64,000 nt of DNA, taken from assembly GCA_036785375.1 (NCBI GenBank), contig JAWMAR010000045.1, positions 6,138,001 through 6,202,000 of the forward strand, given 5' to 3'. Positions 1 to 10,754 of the stretch are shown piece by piece. A program made the translations under genes and the position numbers. The notes below the pieces were generated by a model. That model was not told the origin of the DNA. It ran no database searches and was given only the letters and a program-made list of their open reading frames with translations. Position 1 is the first letter of the stretch. Every line of letters starts with the position of its first letter. The DNA comes from Leucoraja ocellata. Taxonomy: Eukaryota.

Positions 1-3000
1 GAGTGAAACTTCAGCCGTCAGTTTGAGGTTGGGCCCAGGTTGCCAGCACCGGATACACACACTGCCTGCCAGTGAAACCTCTTCACGTGTTACTGTCTGA
101 TCTGTGCCATCACATTTTCTTACAACCGGAACGATTCCCATATATTTTTTTCTAAGTGCCCTTTGCCTGGATATAGTCCATTCTATATGTGACAATTATA
201 GCACGGATGCTCGTCTTACTTATTAACGCGATCAAACATAGATAATACTCTTTTAGCGTAAAAAAATATCGCAACATTTAGACTCCCAACACTCAGCTGC
301 ATCTTGTGTACACCCCACCCCATCCATGTACACACACCTCTTCGCGAATTGATTAGAGACCGAAAGTTTTCATTTGTAAAAACAACCCAGAAAGATGGGT
401 CATTATGTAATCAAAACATTGATGAAGTATTAGTGGATTAAGGTGAAAGTAAGTTTCTGATAACTTGCAGCAAGAGGGTATAATTGAGGCATTCCCATTT
501 CAGGGGTCACCCAGACCTCTGCTGTGCCGCAAGTAATTTTAAACAGTTCCTTCCCAGCCCTGCCACCATTTGTCGGCACCAATTATACTATCGTTTCCTC
601 CCCAAACATTTTTTCCCAGAGATTTGCATGATTAATTGTGGCCTTGGTTCTTGGTTTCTTGGTCCTCCAAAATGGAATTTAAACTGGAGGAGTTGATTAA
701 AATAGTCGAGCTCAATTTGTATTTGAGTTGCAAAGATGAAATATGCATATTCTTCATTTTTTTTAAATTGGAAACAAATAAAAGATGCCCAGATTCAATT
801 TTAAACTTGTACAATGACTCTTCCCCCGCATTCATTAGTTTTCCTTGAGGGAAAAAGAAATCAATTTAGAAAAGCTCTAGTGTGGATGCACATAAAAAGA
901 TTGTTTTATTGTTTCATTCAAAGTTGCACACAGTAATTTAAACATACAATTAGTGGTTTAGTTTGGTGTATTGAATGAGCTTCATTTTGGTTGATTCTGT
1001 CATTTTGTTTAATTTCTATCCCCTCTTTGGTTTTTATGTGTGTGTATAATTCTTTATCACCCAGTTATTCACAAATAATATTTAAATCTATTTCGGTAAC
1101 TGTGCACTCTGCGTCATTTTTATATTGTGATCTGTTAATTTACCCGTTTCCATGTATCAGTGATTTGCATTTGTCTTCTGGAGAGCTGTCTTTACTGCCC
1201 TTTTATATGACTTAACTTGTGTGTATTTTTTGGAATTTTCATTATGATTTGTATACTTTGTTACATTTTGTTAATACTGTCTCATTCTTTATATATTTGT
1301 GTGTCTGTCATTGTGTCTATCTGTATCCCACTTGGTATGTTCTATCCAATATTCCCTCTTGTCTTGTGTATCTTTTTCCAAGCGCAGAGGTAATGTCCCA
1401 GTTTGAGCTGAGATGAACAAATGGATTTAGGTCACAGGGCATGTTTTATTTTGCAATTACTATATTGCTATGAAAAATCTGATTCCAACATAAGTTGGAT
1501 TTTAAACTATTGGGAGATTTTCCTTAACCAGGATGATATGGATGGGGGGGTGGTGGGGGCTGCTATCTCTTTTGTGGGTCTCGATATGATGAATTAAGAA
1601 TAATATAGAAATTCAATTCAGCAAACGTTAGTTGCACTTGCTGCAGTTACTTGATATACTCGTAGGTTTTAACAATGTTTTATCAAAGAAAATGACTCCT
1701 GCAGTGGCCTAATGCGCTACATCTTTTACGAGTTGGCCTTTTACCTTGTGGCATTTCGAGTACAGTATCTTATAATAAAGTCACCATGTGGAGCCCTGTT
1801 TGAAGCTATTTATATAGTATACAATATTGCATTGTGCTGATAGATTATAAGACATAAAATCCATGGCCTTCAGTTGCTTTCAGTCTTTCTAATTCTGAAC
1901 AATGTTGAAGCAGTAGAAAAGAGGTTACAATTATCTTGAGTCGGACTCGTAAGTTCTCAGAGTTGCGAGATTAATACATTAATTTATCTTTACTTGTTGA
2001 CTGCTGGTAAATTTAAAGATAAAGTAGAAGCAACAGTGTGTAAAATTTGTATTGTTGCAAGGTATGACACTTCCATGGATATACCCTGACATGCCTGCAA
2101 TGATTCTGGCTGCACAGTTTGAAATCCTCAGCTATATCCATTGTTCTTGTAATGGATCTTAATGTTCCATTTTTATTACTGTAGCTCTGTTTGCAATTGA
2201 GCCAAAGTTATGGAGAAAGCATTTTTTAATAAAACATATGTGAGCTTCCTATAATGTGTTCCTTTGCTGTATTTATAAAATCCTCAAATCAGTAGATTAA
2301 AAAAAAAACATATCTTGAGAGCATAAGCTAAAATGATCACATTTATTGTCAGCATATTTATTTGCAGCATAAACAGATTACACTTAATAACACTTCTGTT
2401 TTCAAGATGTCTTTGCAATTAAAGACATTTTTGAAAAACATTTTCCTTTAGCACTCTCTTAAAAATCATTTTTACCATTACAACCTTTATCTTTTCAATT
2501 TATCTTTTTCTGAAGAAGAATCTTTTTGAAATATTTATTGAAAAATGAATACATTGATAACTAAAAGAAACAAGAGAATGCACATTGCCAGCCTGGAGAT
2601 TTAATGGTGGAAGGGAGGCCAACAGGGTTAATGCTGATTATTATGTTGGCGGGCAGGAGTTGCATTTTATTTGGCAAGGGAAAGTTTGAGTTACTGTTTC
2701 AGCACTTCCAGGAGTTTGGGATTGTGGGGGCAGAGGGGGTAGAATGGGGAACTGATGTTGCTCATAAATGTGTTCTGTTTCTGGTTGTAAAATTCAACAG
2801 AAAGGGGTTTTGTAGTTTAGTGTGTGGCTCTTAGTTAAAGTTAATGGCTTTGCTGTATCCAGTGACTGTTTTCAGGAGGAAACCCGTTCATTCAATGGGG
2901 TCCCTTTATATGAGCAGAGAGAAAACAAGTCCTAGTAAGGGTTTCACAGGCTGCCACTTCCAGAGACAAGGCATTGACAAGCAACTTATTAGAGGTTAAT

Positions 3001-3524
3001 TACCCTTCTCCTTAAAAAGAGAGAAAAATCTCTCTCATTTAAATCTGAAAATATTTTAATGACTGGTTGCATTCCGACCCACCCAGATGCAGCATCCTGG
3101 TTGGTGAGGTGCAGCTAAAGATGATATTTTTCTACCATCCTGTTGCTGTGGATCTGGTAATCTAACAATGCCATGCTGTGCAGTGTAAATGAATGAGTGT
3201 AATTAGTCTTTAAGGAGTCCAGCCAGGGCTTAATGTGTGACAGATTAAAGAAAATCGGGAGAGAGAAAAGATAGAATCAGGAAATCCATTCACCAACACA
3301 GAGGAGCACACATATATAGTTGTTATTGCACAAAGTTGATTTTAAAATATAAATACTTGCTCCAGAAACCTGGGAAATGTGTAAGACATTTTAACTCTTT
3401 TTAAAAAAAATAATTTTAGCAAATTGACCCATGCAAATTCTATCTGCAAATCATTGTGCATTATCTATTAGGTACTTAAACTTAAATCCAACTTGAATAT
3501 AATTTCTAATATAATGATGCAATT

Positions 3525-3626
3525 GGCTGAACAAGGGCCTCTACCCGGTCCTTCTCATGTCACCCATTCCTTCTCTCCCCAGATGCTGCCTGTCCCACTG
3601 TCACTCCAGCTTTTGGTGTGAATCTT
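3525..3626 (+). mobile_element. Penelope-type short insert with degenerate hammerhead core (copy A)
   Basis: CTGAACAAGGGCCTCTACCC...GTCACCCATTCCTTCTCTCC..AGATGCTGCCTGTCCC..ACTCCAGC matches the other copies in the window; flanked by a 10-bp direct repeat TGATGCAATT (3515-3524 / 3627-3636). Confidence 0.8.
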
Positions 3627-3713
3627 TGATGCAATTACAAATTAATGTGTTTTGGTATGTGCTCACTGTGGGATGTACACAAAATACTGCAGTTTTAATG
3701 GTTACAATCTTTG

Positions 3714-3900
3714 AGCCAGCACAGTGTCACAGTTAGCAGAACCACTGCCTCACCGCTCCAGTGACCTGATTTCAATCCTGGCCCTCCGTATCATCTTTGA
3801 GGAGTTTGCATGTTATCCCTGTGATCACGTGGGTTTCTTGCAAGTTCTCTCGTTTCCTCCCACGTCCCAAAGACATGCTGTTTGATGGGTCAGTTGTTAA
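3714..3900 (+). mobile_element. V-SINE (HE1-like tRNA-derived SINE), old, 3'-truncated
   Basis: tRNA-like head (CACAGTGTCACAGTTAG..GATTTCAATCC) followed by the V-domain GGAGTTTGCATGTT..CCCTGTGA..CGTGGGTTTC..GTTTCCTCCCAC.TCCCAAAGACATGC. Confidence 0.75.
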
Positions 3901-3921
3901 AATTGAGAGGGAGGGGATGCG

Positions 3922-4010
3922 TTCAAGAGCTAAGAGTGTTTATTGTCATATGTACCAACAACGGAACAATGAAATTCTTGCTTTCAGCAGCCATAACAGG
4001 CCTGTAAACA
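3922..4010 (-). mobile_element. 3' tail fragment of a non-LTR retroelement (Rex1/Babar-like)
   Basis: TTTATTGTCATATGTACC...ACAATGAAATTCTT is the reverse complement of a ...TGACAATAAA tail like that at 9450-9490. Confidence 0.5.
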
Positions 4011-6844
4011 TAGTGCTGATAAATAACATATTTAACATTTGGGGAGATAAGATGAGTTGGCATTCATGAGTGCCTGATAGTTGCAGCAGACTTATGAAAA
4101 AAGGCTTGTTTCCATGTTATTTCCACAGTGAAATATTTGTGTACCAGGAAGCCAAGAGCCAACAGTTACTGATTTATCTTTATATATATATATATAATAT
4201 GAAATTATAATATGAAATCGGATGAACAAAATATAATTGTGTTGAGGCACCATTGTGTGCTTCCCTGTAAGGAAAAATAAATAAGTTACTTTACACAAAG
4301 TAACAGGAATGGCAGAGTCTTAATAGAAATGAATGCAATGAAAGAAAGACTTAGGAAAATAATTTTAACGATTTAAAAATCCATTACATGTAGTTTGTCG
4401 TAATCGTATCAAATAACATTTCTACATCTATGCAGATTTCTTAAGTGAATGTTCAATGCAATCTGTGCAATGTAATCGCAGTATGAAATGGCATTCTTAA
4501 GAATAATAGCATCTTGATAATCTCCACAGTTGAGACATAGAATAATCAACTATGTTTATCCTAACTATGTGCATCTAGTTTCATAAAAAAACAAAGCACA
4601 TGTAAGTATCAGGCTTTTCATTTTTTGGTCTTATTCTAGAATTAATCCCTTTGCCTGATGTGCAATACCTTTTGCCTGAATGTTTTAACATCAAGGCAGT
4701 TTTAAGTATTTTGTTTTCTGCCTGTCATTGCTAATAATAATTGCGGTTTCTTCAACAAAACAGTTACAGTTAGTGCGAATGCTTTAAAAAAACAAAAACT
4801 ACAATTATTCAGGCCAGTGGTAAATTGGTTTACTAAGAAAATAAATGAATACATGAGAGCGAGGAATACCAGTAACAGCCGTTGATTGTATACTCCAGTT
4901 ACTTGCACAGTAGGTTCTGATAGTCCCATGCCACTTTGGCTATCACACACAAATGCATCCAGTTGCTTGATGATTCAAATAAATCCTGCCTTCTAATTAG
5001 GTGGCAGGGAAACTGACAGAAGAAAGATTGTTCTGACACGTGGATGCTTTCTTACTTATCAACATTTTTGGTATGATCTGTAGCTCTTTTTTTTAAACCC
5101 TCCTGATATTTGTGTCTTGCGAACTGTTGTTCTTTCTCCAAATCCCCTTTCTTCAAAAGGCTATGTATGATGCTGATGCATCCTAAATATCTGTGCTTTT
5201 ATTTTTCGCAATTACCTTTAGAATCAGTACGGTTATAATTACACCCTCTTCACAGAACTGCCATAGTCCAAACCAAATTTAAAAGCAATGTATTGTTTTG
5301 TTAATGATGGTGTGACATTATTCTTATCTACCTCTGAACCTCCTCCAGCAATGTTGCCCTCTCTTTGATCTCTTGTTCTTGTTATTTTGGTTTCTTATCC
5401 CTGCTCTCCCTTCACTACATAATTCTTTGCTGTTCCTTCCACTGCTTGGGCCTCAATAATGCACATACATTTATTTGCCTTTCCATATCCTTAAAACCTA
5501 CCTTTTGCCACCACCGAATCTCATTTTTCACTGCTATTCCAGAAATTATATTTAAGGAATTTTGTACTTCATAGTAACTGCATAAACGCAAAATGCTCTT
5601 ATTGAATGTGACTTTTGTGAAAAATGGAAACAGCTTTCTTGTCCAGTCTTCCTGTTTCTGAATCCATTGTGACGGTCCGTCTTTCCTTGGCACCCATGAT
5701 GGCCTGTCAGCACGCCTTTTAGGGCTGTGCAGTAATTAAATACTTGTCAATGGAGAATTTTCCATAATACTTACTACAGAAAAGACAAGGGTCTGCTCTG
5801 AGCAATGACTGTCAGGGGAACAATGAAAACTAATTACACATAGGGCTGTCACTTTTGTTAGACTTGTCATTTTGGGGGAAAAAACATGACAAAGTATGTG
5901 TTCTACCAATGACTTGTTTATGATGAGAAGACCAGCGATGAAGGAAATATCAGTGCTTATTTGTGAAAAAAAGTTCTTCATCCATCAGTCTTTTCCACAT
6001 GCAGAGATTTGTTCCGCAGCTCTTTCCTGCCTGCTTCTCTTTACTAGTCTTGAGTTTGTTTACTCCTTTTTATTTACTGTGTGTGACGTTTTGTTAAAAA
6101 GTACTGTGGAGGGTTCTTGAGAGTCGCAATTCACACAGGAACGGCCTCCGCACATTGGTGAAGTAGTGGGAAGTGTGCAGAGTAACCAATGCCACCTTTG
6201 CCTGTTGTTGAAGTGGTGATCTCAGAGATAAACTACCTGCTAAGTAATTAAAACCCCAGGCAATGTTTGCGAACTCTTCAAGTTTGTTCATTTTGTATAC
6301 GAGCACAAACAATTGCACAACTCTTGGTTTAGTTGAGCACTCGCGCAAAAAAAATATTGCTTCTGAGAAATAAGACATTTCCAAGCATTGTATAAGAAAA
6401 TGGAAGAAATCAGTCTGAAAGTGTCATGCATTGTTTTCAGCGGGGTGAGTTTATACATGATTAATTCACTGAAGTCATGATATAAACAGCAGTTTGTCAC
6501 TTTCATAAAGTTTTGAGTATATGTCATTGGAATCCTTTAACCAATAGCACTTCCTCCTTCCAAGCAAACGGGTATCTTCTCACAATCAGAGTGCTGTGCC
6601 TTGTAGAAAAGGCTGCCGCTTGCAAAGGCACAGCAGCTTAGTTCTACATCTCCGCAGGTCTAGTTCTGGGGGAGGCTGGAGGGTTTCTTGCTGATGGCAC
6701 GAAGAAAGGACAAAGGGTTGGAGTCTGGGGTGGCTTATAAATGTAGTACGTTTTACTCGAATAAACTGGTGAAATATTGAATATTGTCCTTTTATACCAG
6801 AAAAATAGAGAATTTTGTTTCAGGAAATAATATTTCTTTATGTA

Positions 6845-8477
6845 CAGTGCCCTCCATAATGTTTGGGACAAAGACCCGTCATTTATTTATTTGCCTCTGT
6901 ACTCCACAATTTGAGATTTGTAAAAGAAAAAAATCACATGTGGTTAAAGTGCACATTGTAAGATTTTAATAAAGGCCATTTGTATACATTGTGGTTTCAA
7001 CATGTAGAAGTTACAGCAGTGTTTTTACATAGTCCCCCCATTTCAGGGCACCATAACGTTTGGGACACAGCAATGTCATGTAAATGAAAGTAGTCATGTT
7101 TAGTATTTTGTTGCATGCAATGACTGCTTGAAGTCTGCGATTCATGGACATCACCAGTTGCTGGGTGTCTTCTCTGGTGATTCTCTGCCAGGCCTGTATT
7201 GCAGCCATCTTTATCTTATGCTTGTTTTAGGGGCTAGTCCCCTTCAGTTTTCTCTTCAGCATATAAAAGGCATGCTCAATTGGGTTCAGATTGGGTGATT
7301 GACTTGGCCACTCAAGAATTGATTATTTTTAAGCTTTGGAAAAACTCCTTTGTTCCTTTAGAGATATGTTTGGGATCACTGTCTTGCTGTAGAATGAACC
7401 GCCGGCCATTGAGTTTCGAGGCATTTGTTTGAACTTGAGCAGATAGGATGTGTCTATACACTTCAGAATTCATTATGCTACTACCATCCACAGTTGTATC
7501 ATCAATGAAGATAAGTGTGCCTGGTCCCTCAGCAGCCATACATGCCCAGGCCATAACAGCCCCACCACCGTGTTTCACGGATGAGGTGGTTTGCTTTGGA
7601 TCTTGGGCAGTTCGTTCTCTCCTCCATACTTTACTCGTCATCACTCTGATATAAGTTAATTTGTCTCGTGTCCACAAGACCTTTTTCCAGAACTGTGATT
7701 GCTCTTTTAAGTACTTCTTGGCAAACTGTGACCTGGCCATCCTATTTTTGCAGCTAACCAGTGGTTTGCATCTTGCAGTGTAGCCTCTGTATTTCTGTTC
7801 ATGAAGACGTCTGCGGACAGTGGTCATTGACAAATCCACACCTGACTCCTGAAGAGTGTTTCTGATCTGTCGGACAGGTGTTTAGTTATTTTTCTTTATT
7901 ATAGAGAGAATTCTGTCATCTGCTGTGGAGGTCTTCCTTGGCCTGCCAGACCCTTTGCGATTAGTAAACTCACCAGTGCTCTCTTTCTTCTTAATGATGC
8001 TCCAAACAGTTGATTTTGGTAAGCCTAAGGTTTGGCTGATGTCTCTTAACACTTTTATTCTTGTTTCTCAGTCTCATAATGGCCTCTTTGACTTTCATTG
8101 GCACAACTTTGGTCCCCATGTTGATAAACAGCAATGAAAGTTTCCAAAGGTGATGGAAAGATTGGAGGAAAGCCAAGGTGTTGAGAGTTCTCTTATACCT
8201 GCATTAAGGAGGCAATTAAATGCACCTGAGCAATTACAAACACCCTTGAAGCCATGTGTCCCAAACATTATGGTGCCCTGAAATGGGGAGACTATGTATA
8301 AACACAGGTGTAATTTCTACATGGTGAAATCAAAATGTATAAAAATGGCCTTTAATAAAATCTGACAATGTGCACTTTAACCACGTGATTTTTTTTTCTA
8401 TTACAAATCGCAAACTGGAGCACAGAGGCAAATAAATAATTAATGGGTCTTTGTCCCAAACATTTTGGAGGGCCCTG
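6845..8477 (-). mobile_element. Full-length Tc1-family DNA transposon, IR/DR type
   Basis: ~225-bp terminal inverted repeats (6845-~7069 / ~8255-8477) starting CAGTGCCCTCC and ending GGAGGGCCCTG; TA on both sides (6843-6844, 8478-8479); inner and outer direct repeats CCATAAYGTTTGGGACA (6854-6870, 7051-7067); 1633 bp. Confidence 0.97.
7100..8119 (-). pseudogene. Tc1 transposase, frameshifted
   Basis: Pieces in different frames: MGTKVVPMKVKEAIMRL; TVRRRLHEQ..ARCKPL..FAKKYL..FWKKVLWT; SVKHGGGAVMAWAC; FILQQDSDPKH; LEWPSQSPNLNPIEH; LVMSMNRRLQAVI. These are canonical Tc1 motifs; the first catalytic D region (WTDE) is disrupted. Confidence 0.95.
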
Positions 8478-9000
8478 TATATGATCTATGTGAAAGAAGG
8501 ATGGAGCTACTGCCCTTGTTTTCAGCTGCATTTTGGCATAGCAGACGTAGAGTAGTTGCACAGAATGACCTTTGAGGTGCACTCATGTTCAGATCTGACT
8601 GAGGTAACTGTACGTGGCTATTTTCAAAATGGAGAGTCTTATTTAGCTCCACAGAACAGGAAAAAGCAGAGCTGACTCCTATTTGCACAAGCTGAAATTA
8701 GCTCTTGATAGATTGTGAGCAGTTTAGCTGTTGCATTGTATTTGTGATTAATACCTTTCTGAACCGATAACTAATTTCTGATTAAGTGCAGGAGAATGGT
8801 TGGGTGAGGACTGAAAGGGAGGTTACAGCTCCTCATGCAGATGGTTTCATTTATTCCTCATTTCTAGTGTGTTAATCAGAGTGCACATACACTGTGACAT
8901 TATCTTGTAGATTTTGAGTAACTCGTATTGCACCTGTGTAAAAACTAATTCTGTAATTTGGAATTGGAGTGAAATCCTAACTCGGGTAATAATATTTACA

Positions 9001-9494
9001 GAGAATTGTGTATGCAGCCCAGACCATCACGCAAACTAACCTCACTTCAATTGACTGCAATCTCCAATTGCACCTCACACTGCCTCGGCAAGGCCACCAG
9101 CATAATCACACCCCGGCCATTCTCTCTACTCCCCTCCCATCGGGCAAGAAATATAGCAGTGTGAAAACAAACGCACACCTCCAGATTGGGTGGGGGGGGG
9201 GGGGGGGGGGGGGCAGTCTTTTCCCAGCTGTTATCAGGCAACTGACCAATCCTCCCAACAACTAGAGAGCAGTCCAGAGCTTCTATCTACCTCATTGGCG
9301 ATCCTCGCACTATCTTTGATTGGACTTTTCTGGACTTTATCTTGCACTAAGCATTCACATTATTCTCGGTATCATGTATCTGTACACAGTAAATGGATCA
9401 ATTGTAATCATGTATTGTCTTTCCGCTGACTGGTTACCACGCAACAAAAACTTTTCACTGTACCTCGGTACAGGTGACAATAAACTGAACTCAA
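9001..9494 (+). mobile_element. Rex1/Babar-type LINE 3' fragment
   Basis: C-terminal peptide remnants AAQTIT..CLGKATSII..PGH..PLPSGKKYSSVKT..FPAVIRQL; 3' end CTTTTCACTGTACCTCGGTACAGGTGACAATAAACTGAAC; contains a G22 run at 9192-9213. Confidence 0.8.
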
Positions 9495-10578
9495 TAAACA
9501 AAGCTTGAATTATTCCGTTTCAACTATAAAACCTGAGAAAGCAACTGTTCTTTCATTAGTTTACACTGGTACGTTCTGTGTTGGTAATATATTTATCATA
9601 CTAATTACACATTTTCTTGGAAGAATATTGCTTTTAAAATGCTGGTGTTTAACAATTTACCAATTGTGTTTGTTCATGGCTACGTAATGAAATGAGAGTC
9701 AAAGATGTGACTTGCTAGAATAGTAAAAGTGTAGTTAGTAGTGGACAACTTTAAATGAGCAGCTATTGTTGTCACTATCAATCTTGTTGCAATTTATTAT
9801 AGAATCTGCAAGTTTATATTTTGCCAAATTTTCTTTTTCATTGCCAGATTGTGGAAAAAGCATCGCAGATTGAATGATTCGTGAAAATTGTAATGTCAAC
9901 ATAAGGCTGTTAAAACTCCACCTGATGTGAACATTTATTATATTCAACGATGTGGTATATTTCTGGAAAGGACTTAGTAGTGTGCAGACATAATTGAAAA
10001 GGTCGTAAACTTCAAGAAAAACATTCAGAGAATGAGTTAATACTGTATTTTGTTGGTTCAAGATTAGATAGTAAAAGTTTTAAAGTAGGCTAAAGGCAAC
10101 ACAATTTTTCTGTGAAAAAACTGTATCTTTTTTCATTCTCGGAGAAATGAGCGAGGAAAAGAAAATCGAGAGGAGAGGAAGAAATATGTGAAAAGGGAAT
10201 TCAAATTACCAGTCTTTGCATTGTAATGTGGGCACAGAATTCCCATACATGTCGTGCCAGTTCATATTTATTGAAGCTGTCAAAAAGCAGTTTGAGAGCA
10301 TTGCAAACAAAGCAAAACATTCATTCATGTATGTGAAAGTGAGGTGGATTTGTCTTCGTGAGACAAGTTTTACCCCACACAAACTAAACTTGTGCCTTTA
10401 ATTGACAGTCACTTACTGACTGCTGCATCTAGTCGCTGAAACTGGTGGTAAGGCATTTGTAACCACAGACAACACTTCACACTTTATAGATAAATTAGAT
10501 TATTTGGCTCTCCTTGGATTTGAAATATTTACCTGAAATCGATGACAATTTAAAATAGGAGGACATGGAAAGCAGGCT

Positions 10579-10644
10579 TGTGTATGTGTATGTGTATATG
10601 TACATATATATACCTATATATACATATATATATATATGTAATAT
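10579..10644. repeat. (TG/TA)-type microsatellite
   Basis: TGTGTATGTGTATG...TATATATATATG seen directly. Confidence 0.9.
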
Positions 10645-10754
10645 ATGCAGCAAAATTGGTGTCTTTAATATATTTTATATGTATATGTATATATACATAT
10701 ACATATATATACATATACATATAAAATATATTAAAGACACCAATTTTGCTGCAT
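10645..10754. repeat. Perfect inverted repeat, 51-bp arms, 8-nt spacer
   Basis: 10645-10695 is the exact reverse complement of 10704-10754 (ATGCAGCAAAATTGGTGTCTTTAATATATTTTATATGTATATGTATATATA). Confidence 0.95.
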
